Source of the DNA: Parcubacteria group bacterium GW2011_GWD2_42_14
GTDB taxonomy: Bacteria; Patescibacteriota; Minisyncoccia; Phycocordibacterales; UBA12088
Length of the DNA: 64,000 nt
Reading direction: 5' to 3'
Assembly: GCA_000998045.1 (NCBI GenBank)
Contig: LCCS01000007.1
Span: 5,220-69,219 of the forward strand
Positions 43,756-52,768 of the stretch are shown piece after piece (within the stretch, counting starts at the first letter, position 1; each line of letters opens with the position of its first letter). The translations under genes and the position numbers were made by a program. The notes beneath the pieces were generated by a model. The model saw only the letters and a program-made list of their open reading frames with translations. It ran no database searches and had not been told where the DNA came from.

Positions 43756-43873
43756 CCCGTTAGAGACAGGTCACGAAGTGACCGTCGGTTAGTCTAATAA
43801 ATATCATGTATATTCTGTTTTTCCTTTCAGTACACATTACTCTGTTTATTACATATGTATCGTCTCTACGGGA
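43756..43873 (-). repeat. ~118-bp MITE-like / conserved 5'-leader element copy 1. 12-bp terminal inverted repeat TCCCGTTAGAGA...TCTCTACGGGA, internal palindrome GGTCACGAAGTGACC. The left end abuts the mscL ATG.
   Basis: The conserved block CATCCCGTTAGAGACAGGTCACGAAGTGACCGTCGGTTA is shared with 51127-51165 and 52474-52512. AT-rich interior with TATCATATTCT / CTTTCAG.ACATTAC similar to copy 2. Confidence 0.55.
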
Positions 43874-44090
43874 TAATTTTTAATTTGAAATTTTTAATTT
43901 TTAGTGAATGACACAATGTTTTAATTTTTTTCTCGATTCTTAAAACACTTTTTAATTTTAAACATTAAAAATTCATTACGAATTGTAAATTAAAAATTTT
44001 AAATTATCTGTCGGTATTTTCATTATATACACTATCTCATAGTGGCTTACATGACAAATTAGGTTACACTGCTCTATAAGATCTATCCAT

Positions 44091-44951
44091 ATGAATATTT
44101 CACTCATACTGATTTCAGCAATCTTTATTATGCTCGCTTCACTCAGTGGGGCTATTTTTGCTTGGAAAACTATTGGTGACTGGCTTGCGCCACGCTTACG
44201 ATACTTGATTGCTCTTGCAGCAGGAGTGTTCGTGGTAATTATTTTTGGACTACTCACTGAAGTATTCCATGAGGGTGGGATGACGTACACTACAGTATTT
44301 GCGTTTTTTCTTGGAGCAGTACTCCTAGAAGGCGTTATACGACTACTGCCGGAAAACACCCACCACCACCACGAGGTAGATTGTGATCATCCGCACGGCA
44401 TCCTTGATGCTCGAAGAATGATGATGGTAGATGCGGTACACAACATACACGATGGACTCACCCTCGTACCCGCATTTTTAGTTTCCCCTGTTGTCGGCTA
44501 TGGTACCGCAGCAGGTATTTTTCTACATGAAATAGTGCAGGAGATATCAGAATTTTTCATTTTAAAAGAAGCTGGGTACACTGCACGCAAAGCGCTTCTA
44601 TGGAACTTTGCCGTATCATCCACTATTCTTGTTGGTGTACTTCTTGCAGCGACACTTGTGGCAACTGAACGTTTTTCTGGTCCGCTTATTGCCTTTTCTG
44701 CTGGCGGTTTTTTGTACGTACTTTTTCGTGATCTTGGTCCCAGTATTATTTTCCACGCTCGTAAAGAAAAGAAATACCTGCAGTATGGTATTTCTTTTTG
44801 TATCGGCTTCTTACTGATGCTCAGCGTGAGCTTGCTTGTTCCTCATGAACTCGAACTTGAGGAGGAGCTTCCTCTGCCAGAAGGATTTGGACTTGCCCGC
44901 ACACCAAGTCTCCTACTGTGCTACGGCACGCACAGTGAAACTGTGCAGTAG
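44091..44951 (+). CDS. ZIP-family metal (zinc) transporter
   Basis: VHNIHDGLTLV and HEIVQEISEFFILKEAGY (HEIPQE-type signature), multiple TM helices, a His-rich loop HHHHEVDCDHPHG. The last ~20 codons are read out of a long inverted repeat, so the true C-terminus may be earlier. Confidence 0.75.
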   Translation: MNISLILISAIFIMLASLSGAIFAWKTIGDWLAPRLRYLIALAAGVFVVIIFGLLTEVFHEGGMTYTTVFAFFLGAVLLEGVIRLLPENTHHHHEVDCDHPHGILDARRMMMVDAVHNIHDGLTLVPAFLVSPVVGYGTAAGIFLHEIVQEISEFFILKEAGYTARKALLWNFAVSSTILVGVLLAATLVATERFSGPLIAFSAGGFLYVLFRDLGPSIIFHARKEKKYLQYGISFCIGFLLMLSVSLLVPHELELEEELPLPEGFGLARTPSLLLCYGTHSETVQ

Positions 44952-44974
44952 GAGACTTGGTGTGCGGGCTTGCC
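44891..44974. repeat. Long inverted repeat (28-bp arms ACTTGCCCGCACACCAAGTCTCCTACTG / CAGTAGGAGACTTGGTGTGCGGGCTTGCC) spanning the stop of the ZIP gene. The 16-mer GTGTGCGGGCTTGCCC recurs at ~45066.
   Basis: Direct read; the loop itself contains CACAGTGAAACTGTG. Confidence 0.55.
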
Positions 44975-45117
44975 CATCGGTAATCAAAAATGTACCAAGT
45001 TCATGTCTTTGTTAATATATAAACATCACTTTTAAAAAATGATGTTTTACATACAAGACCTTTGTATGTGTGCGGGCTTGCCCTGTAGTTCAACTAAAAT
45101 GATTTGCTTGTATATTG

Positions 45118-45699
45118 CTAGTCTACAAGTATTTCTGTAGACTCTGGAAGTCGCTCACGAATTATTTCAATATCATTTTTTGAAACAGCGCTATTACCTC
45201 GAAGATCAAGCTGTGTGAGATTTTGAAGATTACCAATTTCGTAGGGCAAACCGGTAAGATTGTTATGGGAAAGATTCAAAACTTTTAGGTTATTCAATTG
45301 ACCTATCTCTGCAGGTACTCCGGTAAACGCATTATACGAGAGGTCAAGCACTACCAATTCTGAAAGAAATCGAATCTCTGCTTGAAGCGCTCCCTCAAGT
45401 GTATTGTGAGACAGATCAAGCTTTTCTATACCGAGGCGTTCAAATACATACGGTGGCACCTCTTGCAGGTTTTGGTCACGCAGACTAAGTGTTGCTCCAG
45501 CACGAATAGCATCCTCTACGAATGGTTTTTCTTCTAATTCATCAGGTAGATTTTGAACATCTGGTGGAGAAGTGGTTATAGGTGTACTTTTTACTTCCTG
45601 TTGAGGAACAGTTTGAGTATTCGCAATATACACCATCCCTATAATCCCCACGAGTGCAATTCCGCTTGCTACTGCTAGTGTTACGTGTGTGACTCTCAT
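45118..45699 (-). CDS. Leucine-rich-repeat protein with N-terminal membrane anchor
   Basis: LxxLxLxxNxL repeats (LDLSHNTLEG, LDLSYNAFTG, LNLSHNNLTG, LDLRGNS); N-terminal TM. Confidence 0.6.
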   Translation of the reverse strand: MRVTHVTLAVASGIALVGIIGMVYIANTQTVPQQEVKSTPITTSPPDVQNLPDELEEKPFVEDAIRAGATLSLRDQNLQEVPPYVFERLGIEKLDLSHNTLEGALQAEIRFLSELVVLDLSYNAFTGVPAEIGQLNNLKVLNLSHNNLTGLPYEIGNLQNLTQLDLRGNSAVSKNDIEIIRERLPESTEILVD

Positions 45700-45741
45700 C
45701 TTGTAATTCTACCACGTATGTCATTTTGCTGATACGTGCTT

Positions 45742-47076
45742 TTATGAAGCGAGAAAGTCAATAGCTGCATCCACCCAAGGATCGCTTGATGTTGCTGATT
45801 TTGGATCAACTTGTATATCAGGTGTTAGTCCCCCATTTGAGATAGAAACACCATTCGGTGTATACCATCGAGCAACGGTCACCTTAAGCGACAGCTCGTC
45901 AGTAATACTTACAAGTTCTTGCACGGAACCTTTTCCAAAAGTATTGGTTCCGACTAGTGTTGCAACACCATGCTCTTGTAATGCTCCCGCAAGAATTTCA
46001 GAAGCAGAAGCACTTCCTTGGTCAACTAATATCGCTACACGCGGAACCGACTCTTTAAACAACATCCTTCCGTGCGAAGTATGTACAATCTCTTTCTTTT
46101 CTGGACCACTATACTCACGCACCACGACTGCACCCTCGGGTAAAAACCAACTCGCTATCTGTATGGCTGATTCAATATATCCACCAGGATTTCCCCGCAA
46201 ATCAAGAATAAGTGATGATGCGCCACTTTCTACAAAAGACGTAAGTTCTCGTTCAAAAGAAGCGATTGATGTTTGAGAAAAACTAAAAAGTTGCAGAAGA
46301 TAAAAATCTTGGACTTCTGTTTCAGCTGGTTCAGGAGATGGTTCTGTAGAAGCTGGAGTACCTGGCGTGTCATTATTTGAAGCTACCGCAATTACAGGCA
46401 CTTCACGTTCTATCACCGTATGGGCTGTAGAAGGTATCTCAATCGTTCCTCGAATTATGGAGACATCACGAGGTTCTTGCCCTTCACTCTGTATAGAGAG
46501 CACCACTTCGGTACCACCTTCCCCACGGATAAGCTTAACCGCATCGTCAACAAGCATGCCACCTGTCTCCACTCCATCTATCTTGAGTATTTTGTCCCCC
46601 GAGACAAGTCCCGCAGACTCGGCGGGCGATCCTGTAAGTGGTCCCACCACCACGAGTCCGCCATCCCGCTCACCTATAACTGCACCGATGCCTTCGAGTG
46701 AACCCTTTGTTGCGATCTTAAAATCTTCTGAAACTTGAGGACGCATAAAAACTGTGTATGGGTCATTGTAGCTCGCTACCAAACCCTCTATAGATCGATA
46801 GACCCTATCCTCTGCGGGAATTTCTTCCGCAGTGCTCGTTCCGAAAGGAATAAACTTTCGCTCAAGCGTATTCCATACTCTCCAGTACGGTGTAAAGTCA
46901 AACTTTTCACCTGCACCACCTATTTGCGCAGTCAGCACATCTCCTTGAATATTATCAAGGGTTGAAACTTTTTCTGACTCGGCGAGTTGGTTCTGTCCCA
47001 CATATATTCCACCTACAAAAACTGCTCCGAGCACAACAACATAAACACCGAGTAAGCTAGCTTTGTTCGCATTCAT
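45742..47076 (-). CDS. ctpA: Carboxyl-terminal processing protease (S41 family, PDZ domain)
   Basis: PDZ GSPAESAGLVSGDKILKIDG; LILDLRGNPGGY; ILVDQGSASASEILAG; TFGKGSVQ. Start at ATG 47076 (MNANKASLLGVYVVVLG TM). Confidence 0.8.
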   Translation of the reverse strand: MNANKASLLGVYVVVLGAVFVGGIYVGQNQLAESEKVSTLDNIQGDVLTAQIGGAGEKFDFTPYWRVWNTLERKFIPFGTSTAEEIPAEDRVYRSIEGLVASYNDPYTVFMRPQVSEDFKIATKGSLEGIGAVIGERDGGLVVVGPLTGSPAESAGLVSGDKILKIDGVETGGMLVDDAVKLIRGEGGTEVVLSIQSEGQEPRDVSIIRGTIEIPSTAHTVIEREVPVIAVASNNDTPGTPASTEPSPEPAETEVQDFYLLQLFSFSQTSIASFERELTSFVESGASSLILDLRGNPGGYIESAIQIASWFLPEGAVVVREYSGPEKKEIVHTSHGRMLFKESVPRVAILVDQGSASASEILAGALQEHGVATLVGTNTFGKGSVQELVSITDELSLKVTVARWYTPNGVSISNGGLTPDIQVDPKSATSSDPWVDAAIDFLAS

Positions 47077-47159
47077 GGGTAACAGTATACACGTGTACTC
47101 CATTAAAACCCATACATGTCTACCATGGAAACACTGATATATCATGGTAGTATTAGCAC

Positions 47160-48626
47160 ATGGGACAATGCGTCACAATTAAAAATGCAACCGCATTTAT
47201 CCTGCTTGGCGCAACAGGTGATTTGGCTCAAAAGAAACTTTTACCGGCTCTTATTGATTTATTTGAGAAAGGCGTCCTTCCAAAACGTTTTTACATACTC
47301 GCTTTCTCAAGAAGTTCTCTTGATACGGCAGGATATCGAGAATTCGTAAGAAAACATATAGAAGCAAAAGGCAAGCAGTACACACAAAAAAGTATTGAGG
47401 ATTTTCTAAGTATTATTGAATACACACAAGGAAATTTTGATGAACCTGCAGCATTTGAGCGCACAAAAAAAATTCTAGAAGCCTACGATGAACGTATAGG
47501 CACCTGCTCAAGCAAACTTTTTTATCTCGCAGTCCCTCCACAGTTTTATGATGCTATTTTTGAACAGTTAGCCAACGTTAAACTGGAGCAACCGTGTATG
47601 GTTGGAGATGGATGGACACGCATCTTGGTTGAAAAGCCTTTCGGTAGCAACCTCGAAAACGCCCAGCACCTTGATGAAAAACTGAGTAAACTTTTTCACG
47701 AGGAACAAATTTATCGTATTGACCACTATCTTGCTAAAAGCGCACTCCAAAATATCATTGCATTCCGTTTTTCAAATGTGCTCTTTGAGGATAAGTGGAA
47801 CAATGAAAACATAGAGTCTGTTTACATTACCCTTTATGAAACCATCGACGTCACTACCCGAGGAGCTTTTTTTGACAAAGTTGGTGCACTCAGAGATATG
47901 GGACAAAATCACATTCTTCAAATGCTCACCCTCATAGCCATGGATCATCCCGAAAAACTTGAAGCTTCTAATCTGCGCCAAAAACGTGCAGAGATTTTAG
48001 AGGCGTTGCGCATACCAACACACCGTGAGAGTTTGACCGATATTGTGAAGGGACAATACGAAGGGTATCAATACGTGAAAGATGTAGAAAAAGGCTCAAA
48101 AACTGAAACATACTTTTTGGTGAAAGCGTTCCTTGATACCCCACGATGGCAAGGAGTTCCCTTCTATTTAGAACACGGCAAATCATTATCAAAAAGTGAA
48201 ACGGCAATAACGGTACGATTTCGCTCTGCAAAAAACTGTGTTTGTAACGAGGGAGAAAAACATAACCATCAAAATATTGTTCGCTTCACCATCTCACCAG
48301 AACAAAAAATTTCTGTGCAATTCTGGGTTCGCAAGCAGGGCCTTAAGTACGAACTACAACCAAGAGAATTACTCTTTGACCGTACAACGACACCTCCAGA
48401 AGATCGAAAACTTATTTCAGACCCGTATGAAGAAGTACTTTTTGATGCACTCTGTGGCGACCAAACCTTGTTTGTGAGCAACAAAGAGCAACATGCAGCG
48501 TGGAAATACATCACTGCCATACTTGAGTTATGGGAGGACGTTGTACCACTTTCTTACGCTTCTGGAAGTTTCGGACCAGAATCAAAACTTAAAAAAGAGA
48601 TTGAGGAATCATTATTGTTACAGTAA
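47160..48626 (+). CDS. zwf: Glucose-6-phosphate 1-dehydrogenase
   Basis: ILLGATGDLAQKKLLPAL NADP-binding motif and active-site RIDHYLAK. Confidence 0.85.
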   Translation: MGQCVTIKNATAFILLGATGDLAQKKLLPALIDLFEKGVLPKRFYILAFSRSSLDTAGYREFVRKHIEAKGKQYTQKSIEDFLSIIEYTQGNFDEPAAFERTKKILEAYDERIGTCSSKLFYLAVPPQFYDAIFEQLANVKLEQPCMVGDGWTRILVEKPFGSNLENAQHLDEKLSKLFHEEQIYRIDHYLAKSALQNIIAFRFSNVLFEDKWNNENIESVYITLYETIDVTTRGAFFDKVGALRDMGQNHILQMLTLIAMDHPEKLEASNLRQKRAEILEALRIPTHRESLTDIVKGQYEGYQYVKDVEKGSKTETYFLVKAFLDTPRWQGVPFYLEHGKSLSKSETAITVRFRSAKNCVCNEGEKHNHQNIVRFTISPEQKISVQFWVRKQGLKYELQPRELLFDRTTTPPEDRKLISDPYEEVLFDALCGDQTLFVSNKEQHAAWKYITAILELWEDVVPLSYASGSFGPESKLKKEIEESLLLQ

Positions 48627-48640
48627 TATAAGATGGCACT

Positions 48641-49561
48641 ATGAACATTGCATACATAGGACTCGGCAAAATGGGACGAAATATGGTAGAACGACTTATT
48701 AGTCGAGGGCATACCGTCACTGCGTATGACAGTAATCCTGAAGCACGAGTAGTAGCAGAAAAATTGGGTGCAACCGTAGTGAATACCTTAGATGCACTTA
48801 TAGAAAACACCCCTGCACCTAGGACCGTATGGCTCATGGTGCCTCATCATGTCGTTGAAACGGTGCTTGAAGAATTAAAGCTACACCTTGAAAAAGGCGA
48901 TACTATTATTGAAGGCGGTAACTCACCATTTAGAGAGACGATACGTCGTCACAAAGAGTTTGAAGCTATGGGTATTGCTTTTTTAGACGCGGGAGTAAGT
49001 GGCGGACCTGGTGGTGCAAAAGATGGCGCATGTATCATGGTAGGTGGAAAACAAGAGCACTACAATAACTACGAATCTCTTTTTAAAGATCTTGCAGTCC
49101 GTAATGGCTACGCCTACATTGGAAGTACCGGTTCAGGACATTTTGTAAAAATGGTACACAACGGTATCGAGTACGGAATGATGCAAGCACTTGCGGAAGG
49201 TTTTGATATGTTACAGCAAGCCCACTTTGAAAAGCCGCTTCCACTTACTGCGATTGCAAATCTTTACAACCATGGCAGTGTCATAGAATCACGTCTTGTG
49301 GGGTGGCTCTTGAAAGGATTTGAGATGTACGGAGAAGACTTGGAAGCGATTACCGGAAGTGCACAAGCAAGCGGAGAGGGTCTCTGGACTGTCGAGACAG
49401 CGAAAGATATGAGAATTCCGGTTGACGTCATTGAAGGAGCACTTACCGCCCGAACAAAAAGTTGTACAAATCCAAATTATCAGGGTCAACTTATCTCGGT
49501 TATGCGTAACCAGTTTGGAGGACACGAGTGTACCCTGCCAGAAGATAAAAAACAATCATAA
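48641..49561 (+). CDS. gnd: 6-phosphogluconate dehydrogenase (short ~300-aa form), NAD(P)-binding
   Basis: IAYIGLGKMGRNMVERL Rossmann motif, and the position between zwf and pgl. Confidence 0.7.
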   Translation: MNIAYIGLGKMGRNMVERLISRGHTVTAYDSNPEARVVAEKLGATVVNTLDALIENTPAPRTVWLMVPHHVVETVLEELKLHLEKGDTIIEGGNSPFRETIRRHKEFEAMGIAFLDAGVSGGPGGAKDGACIMVGGKQEHYNNYESLFKDLAVRNGYAYIGSTGSGHFVKMVHNGIEYGMMQALAEGFDMLQQAHFEKPLPLTAIANLYNHGSVIESRLVGWLLKGFEMYGEDLEAITGSAQASGEGLWTVETAKDMRIPVDVIEGALTARTKSCTNPNYQGQLISVMRNQFGGHECTLPEDKKQS

Positions 49562-49562
49562 T

Positions 49563-50279
49563 ATGTTGAAACTACATGTGAGTGAGTCGCCAATGGACGA
49601 AGCGGGAGACGCGCTTGAGAAAGCTCTTGAGGAACAAAAAGATAAACACATTTTGCTTCTTTTTTCTGGAGGTAGCGCGATAACGCTTGTGAACTACCTG
49701 CATGCAAAAATTCTTTCTTCACACCACACCATTTCTGTACTTGATGAAAGGTATACCTTTGATCAAGACGAAAGTAATTTTTCAATACTGGAACGAACTT
49801 CTTTTTTTTCACAAGTAGCGGAGCTTGGTGTCCCTGTTCTTGATCCTCGTCCTCGTGCAAACGAAACACTTGAAGAAACAGCAAAACGTTTCGATCTTGC
49901 GCTTAAACATTGGCATATTAGTCATAGAGACGGGGTCGTACTTGCCACTATGGGTATTGGACCTGATGGCCATACATCAGGGATTCTTCCTATGCCTGAA
50001 AATACCAAAGATTTTGAAAAACTGTTCCTTGATGAAAAAAAATGTGCAGTTGGATATGAGTCATCACCAGAGAAAAACCCATATACAAAAAGAATTACTA
50101 CAACAGTTACGTACCTTACGCGACATGTCGAACAAGCAATCGTCTTTGCGTCAGGTGTGCCGAAAAGAGAGGTCCTTCAAAAAATAGTTGCAGGAGAAGG
50201 AGATATTGCGTCCATACCCGCTATGGTTCTGCAACAAATGAAGCATGTTGATTTGTATACTGACCTGTCACTGGCATAA
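49563..50279 (+). CDS. pgl: 6-phosphogluconolactonase
   Basis: LLLFSGGSA and MGIGPDGHTSGILP (6PGL/NagB-family motif). Start at ATG 49563 right after the gnd stop; the upstream part of the track ORF overlaps gnd. Confidence 0.7.
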   Translation: MLKLHVSESPMDEAGDALEKALEEQKDKHILLLFSGGSAITLVNYLHAKILSSHHTISVLDERYTFDQDESNFSILERTSFFSQVAELGVPVLDPRPRANETLEETAKRFDLALKHWHISHRDGVVLATMGIGPDGHTSGILPMPENTKDFEKLFLDEKKCAVGYESSPEKNPYTKRITTTVTYLTRHVEQAIVFASGVPKREVLQKIVAGEGDIASIPAMVLQQMKHVDLYTDLSLA

Positions 50280-51129
50280 AGTGCTGTTGATATTTTCTTT
50301 GTAGCATCTCACAAATTGCACCTGCCACATTAATCTGTGTCACCCTTTCAAAAGTGCGAAATTGCGGTGACATGTTTACCTCTATGCGATAGTACGTGCC
50401 TTCGTGCTCCAGTAAATCAACTCCAGCGACGGAGAGTCCTGCTACCTGTGTCGCGTGTACGGCTAGGTCGATAGCTTGCTCTGGAAGCTCTACACATTCT
50501 CGCCTCCCTCCAGCTCGCACGGTAAGAAAATCTTCACCTTCGTTGTATCGCTTCATTACTCCAAGAGCAACCCCATCTATAACTATCACTCGATAGTCAA
50601 ATTGGATGGGGATATATTTCTGTAGAAGTATAGGAAAATTAAAAGTCTGAATAAAATCATCCAGCCCACTTCTGTTGTGCAACAACCGCACCTTTATACC
50701 CATACTACCCTCAAGACTTTTTGCAATGATAGGGTACTCTAGGGCATTGAGTACATTGCGGTGAGAAGAAAAAATAAGCCGATAGTCAAGTACTGGTATC
50801 CCATCATCCACCATAGTCGGTAAGAACTTATCAAAATAGGTTGCGCGGGTTGCAAATACATCTTCAACGATCACCTTGTTGTGCTTACGTAGATAATTTG
50901 CAATAACTGCCATTTCACTCGCAAGTTCGCCCAAACCACGAAAAAAATACACATCGTACTCAAGAATATTTCTACCATCATTTGCGGTTACCGAAGTTTG
51001 GTTATTAGTTACGGAAAAAATAACATCAGTCGGTGATACCATTTCAAATTGCAAACCTCTCTTAAAAAATTCTTCTTGCAGTCTTGTTGCTGCATGACAT
51101 TTGGTATTACCAACAAGGAGCGTTTTCAT
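50221..51129 (-). CDS. ATP-grasp family protein (RimK/glutathione-synthetase-like)
   Basis: ATP-grasp fold features (…IIAKSLEGSMGIKVRLL…, DYRVIVIDGVALGVMKR, GVDLLEHEGTYYRIEVN). Confidence 0.55.
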   Translation of the reverse strand: MKTLLVGNTKCHAATRLQEEFFKRGLQFEMVSPTDVIFSVTNNQTSVTANDGRNILEYDVYFFRGLGELASEMAVIANYLRKHNKVIVEDVFATRATYFDKFLPTMVDDGIPVLDYRLIFSSHRNVLNALEYPIIAKSLEGSMGIKVRLLHNRSGLDDFIQTFNFPILLQKYIPIQFDYRVIVIDGVALGVMKRYNEGEDFLTVRAGGRRECVELPEQAIDLAVHATQVAGLSVAGVDLLEHEGTYYRIEVNMSPQFRTFERVTQINVAGAICEMLQRKYQQHFMPVTGQYTNQHASFVAEP

Positions 51130-51247
51130 CCCGTTAGAGACAGGTCACAACGTGACCGTCGGTTAAATTAGTAATTTTTGGCATATGTATCATATTCTAT
51201 ATTTGAAACTACTTTCAGAAACATTACAGTTTTGGTCTCTAACGGGA
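51130..51247 (-). repeat. ~118-bp MITE-like / 5'-leader element copy 2. TIR TCCCGTTAGAGA...TCTCTAACGGGA, palindrome GGTCACAACGTGACC. It abuts the ATG of the ATP-grasp gene, and its right TIR contains the TAG stop of gene 51239..51643.
   Basis: Direct read. Confidence 0.55.
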
Positions 51248-51643
51248 CTCATAACAACTGCGTGACGCAAACACTTCTTGAGGCGTGGGACTTACACCTC
51301 CTTTGATTTCAGCTACTCGGGCAGAACCAAGTGTCGCAACAAAACAAGCTTCCATTTCAGGAGTGAGGGTACTTGGAAGTGATTCAGGGTTAATACCTAT
51401 TGCCCTAAGAGCAGATTCTTGCTCTGGGGAAAGCTTTGAATTTTTCTCAAGTGAAGAAGTTTCTGTATTGTCACCAGTAGGCCGAGCTTGCTGCTCCCCG
51501 GAAAATTCCGAGTCTGAAGTCATGAGTGAGATAAGCGGGCGAACATTAAACGGGTCTGCAAACCAAAGGTACGCAAGTACACAGAGAAGTATAAAAAAGA
51601 TAACTCCAAGCGTGGTAAAAAAATAATTGAAAAATTTCTTCAT
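51239..51643 (-). CDS. Small membrane-anchored hypothetical protein
   Basis: N-terminal TM FFTTLGVIFFILLCVLAYLWF; no motif. Confidence 0.45.
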   Translation of the reverse strand: MKKFFNYFFTTLGVIFFILLCVLAYLWFADPFNVRPLISLMTSDSEFSGEQQARPTGDNTETSSLEKNSKLSPEQESALRAIGINPESLPSTLTPEMEACFVATLGSARVAEIKGGVSPTPQEVFASRSCYESR

Positions 51644-51717
51644 TTTGACAGAGACAGATTATATGTATAAAAAGCTTGTCTAAGCAGTAGTAGTACTACC
51701 AAAAACACATGTGCGTA

Positions 51718-52476
51718 CTATACACTTTTTTTACCTTTCGTGTGGTACGATTTCCACGCATAGAACACCACCGCAGAACTTGAAGCAACGTTCAAAGATT
51801 CCACTTCTTTCTCAATAGGTATGGAGAGTCGGAAGTCACACACATCTTCAGTTTTTTCACGAAGGCCTTTGCCCTCATTCCCAAGCACAAATACTGATGG
51901 TTTTGTAAAGTTTTCATCAGGAATACTTGTATCACCATCTCCAGCAAGTCCATATATCCAGAAACCTCGTTCCTTCAAATCACGCAATGTTGTGTTAACG
52001 TTTCCTATCGTCACCAAAGGTAATGCAAACGCCATGCCAGCAGACACTTTCACGACCGTGCCAGTGACGGGTGCTTGTCGGTACTCAGGTATCAAAACGC
52101 CTGAAATGCCGAACGCTGCAGCGTTACGTATCACTGCTCCGACATTATGAGGATCAGTAAGCTCGTTAAGTACGACAAGTGCAGTAGTATCCGTAATAGT
52201 AAGACCCTCAATAAAAGGTTTATATGGTTTGAGTATTTTGTTGGGAGAAACACGAGCCACCACACCTTGATGTACTGCATCCTTACCCACATCCCGAGGA
52301 AGGTGATCTTCATCACATCGGTCAAAAGTAACGGACAGTTCTTCAACTTTCGCTCTAATTTTTTCTGCCTCACGTCCACCGACAAAATAGACATGCTGTA
52401 CAGTCTCTGGTGCTCGGGTAAGTGCCTCAAAAACAGCATGCGTACCGAATATGTAGGTTTGATCTCTATTTTTCAT
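51718..52476 (-). CDS. rlmB: SpoU/TrmH-family RNA 2'-O-methyltransferase (RlmB-like)
   Basis: SpoU motifs LVVLNELTDPHNVGAVIRNAAAFG, VFVLGNEGKGL, LNVASSSAVVFY. Confidence 0.7.
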   Translation of the reverse strand: MKNRDQTYIFGTHAVFEALTRAPETVQHVYFVGGREAEKIRAKVEELSVTFDRCDEDHLPRDVGKDAVHQGVVARVSPNKILKPYKPFIEGLTITDTTALVVLNELTDPHNVGAVIRNAAAFGISGVLIPEYRQAPVTGTVVKVSAGMAFALPLVTIGNVNTTLRDLKERGFWIYGLAGDGDTSIPDENFTKPSVFVLGNEGKGLREKTEDVCDFRLSIPIEKEVESLNVASSSAVVFYAWKSYHTKGKKSV

Positions 52477-52595
52477 CCCGTTAGAGACAGGTCACGAAGT
52501 GACCGTCGGTTAAACTGATAATATTTGTTTCCTGTACGTTATTCATGATACTTTCTGTAGGTGTGTTCTTCTACGCTTTCTCGTCTCTAACGGGA
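52477..52595 (-). repeat. ~119-bp MITE-like / 5'-leader element copy 3. TIR TCCCGTTAGAGA...TCTCTAACGGGA, palindrome GGTCACGAAGTGACC. It abuts the rlmB ATG.
   Basis: Direct read. The adjacent 52600-52770 spacer carries TACCGAGTTTGCGAG / TTACCGAGTCGCGG repeats, a CCCGCCGTGGCGGG hairpin and an 18-bp perfect palindrome GTTTAAGTGCACTTAAAC (~52748). Confidence 0.55.
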
Positions 52596-52768
52596 TTCAT
52601 GATTGTATAGGTAATCCCAGGACACCTGTAATACCATACAAACGAGTACAACGCAATCAAAACCGTAGTACCGAGTTTGCGAGCCTGCCCGCCGTGGCGG
52701 GTAAAAGTTACCGAGTCGCGGAAAATCTGCATAGATATGCGACAGCATACGTTTGAGTTTAAGTGCAC

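Noticed and set aside
52571-52768. 65-aa ORF between rlmB-element copy 3 and the membrane protein gene
   Set aside because: It overlaps a repeat, hairpin and palindrome-dense spacer, and its composition is atypical.
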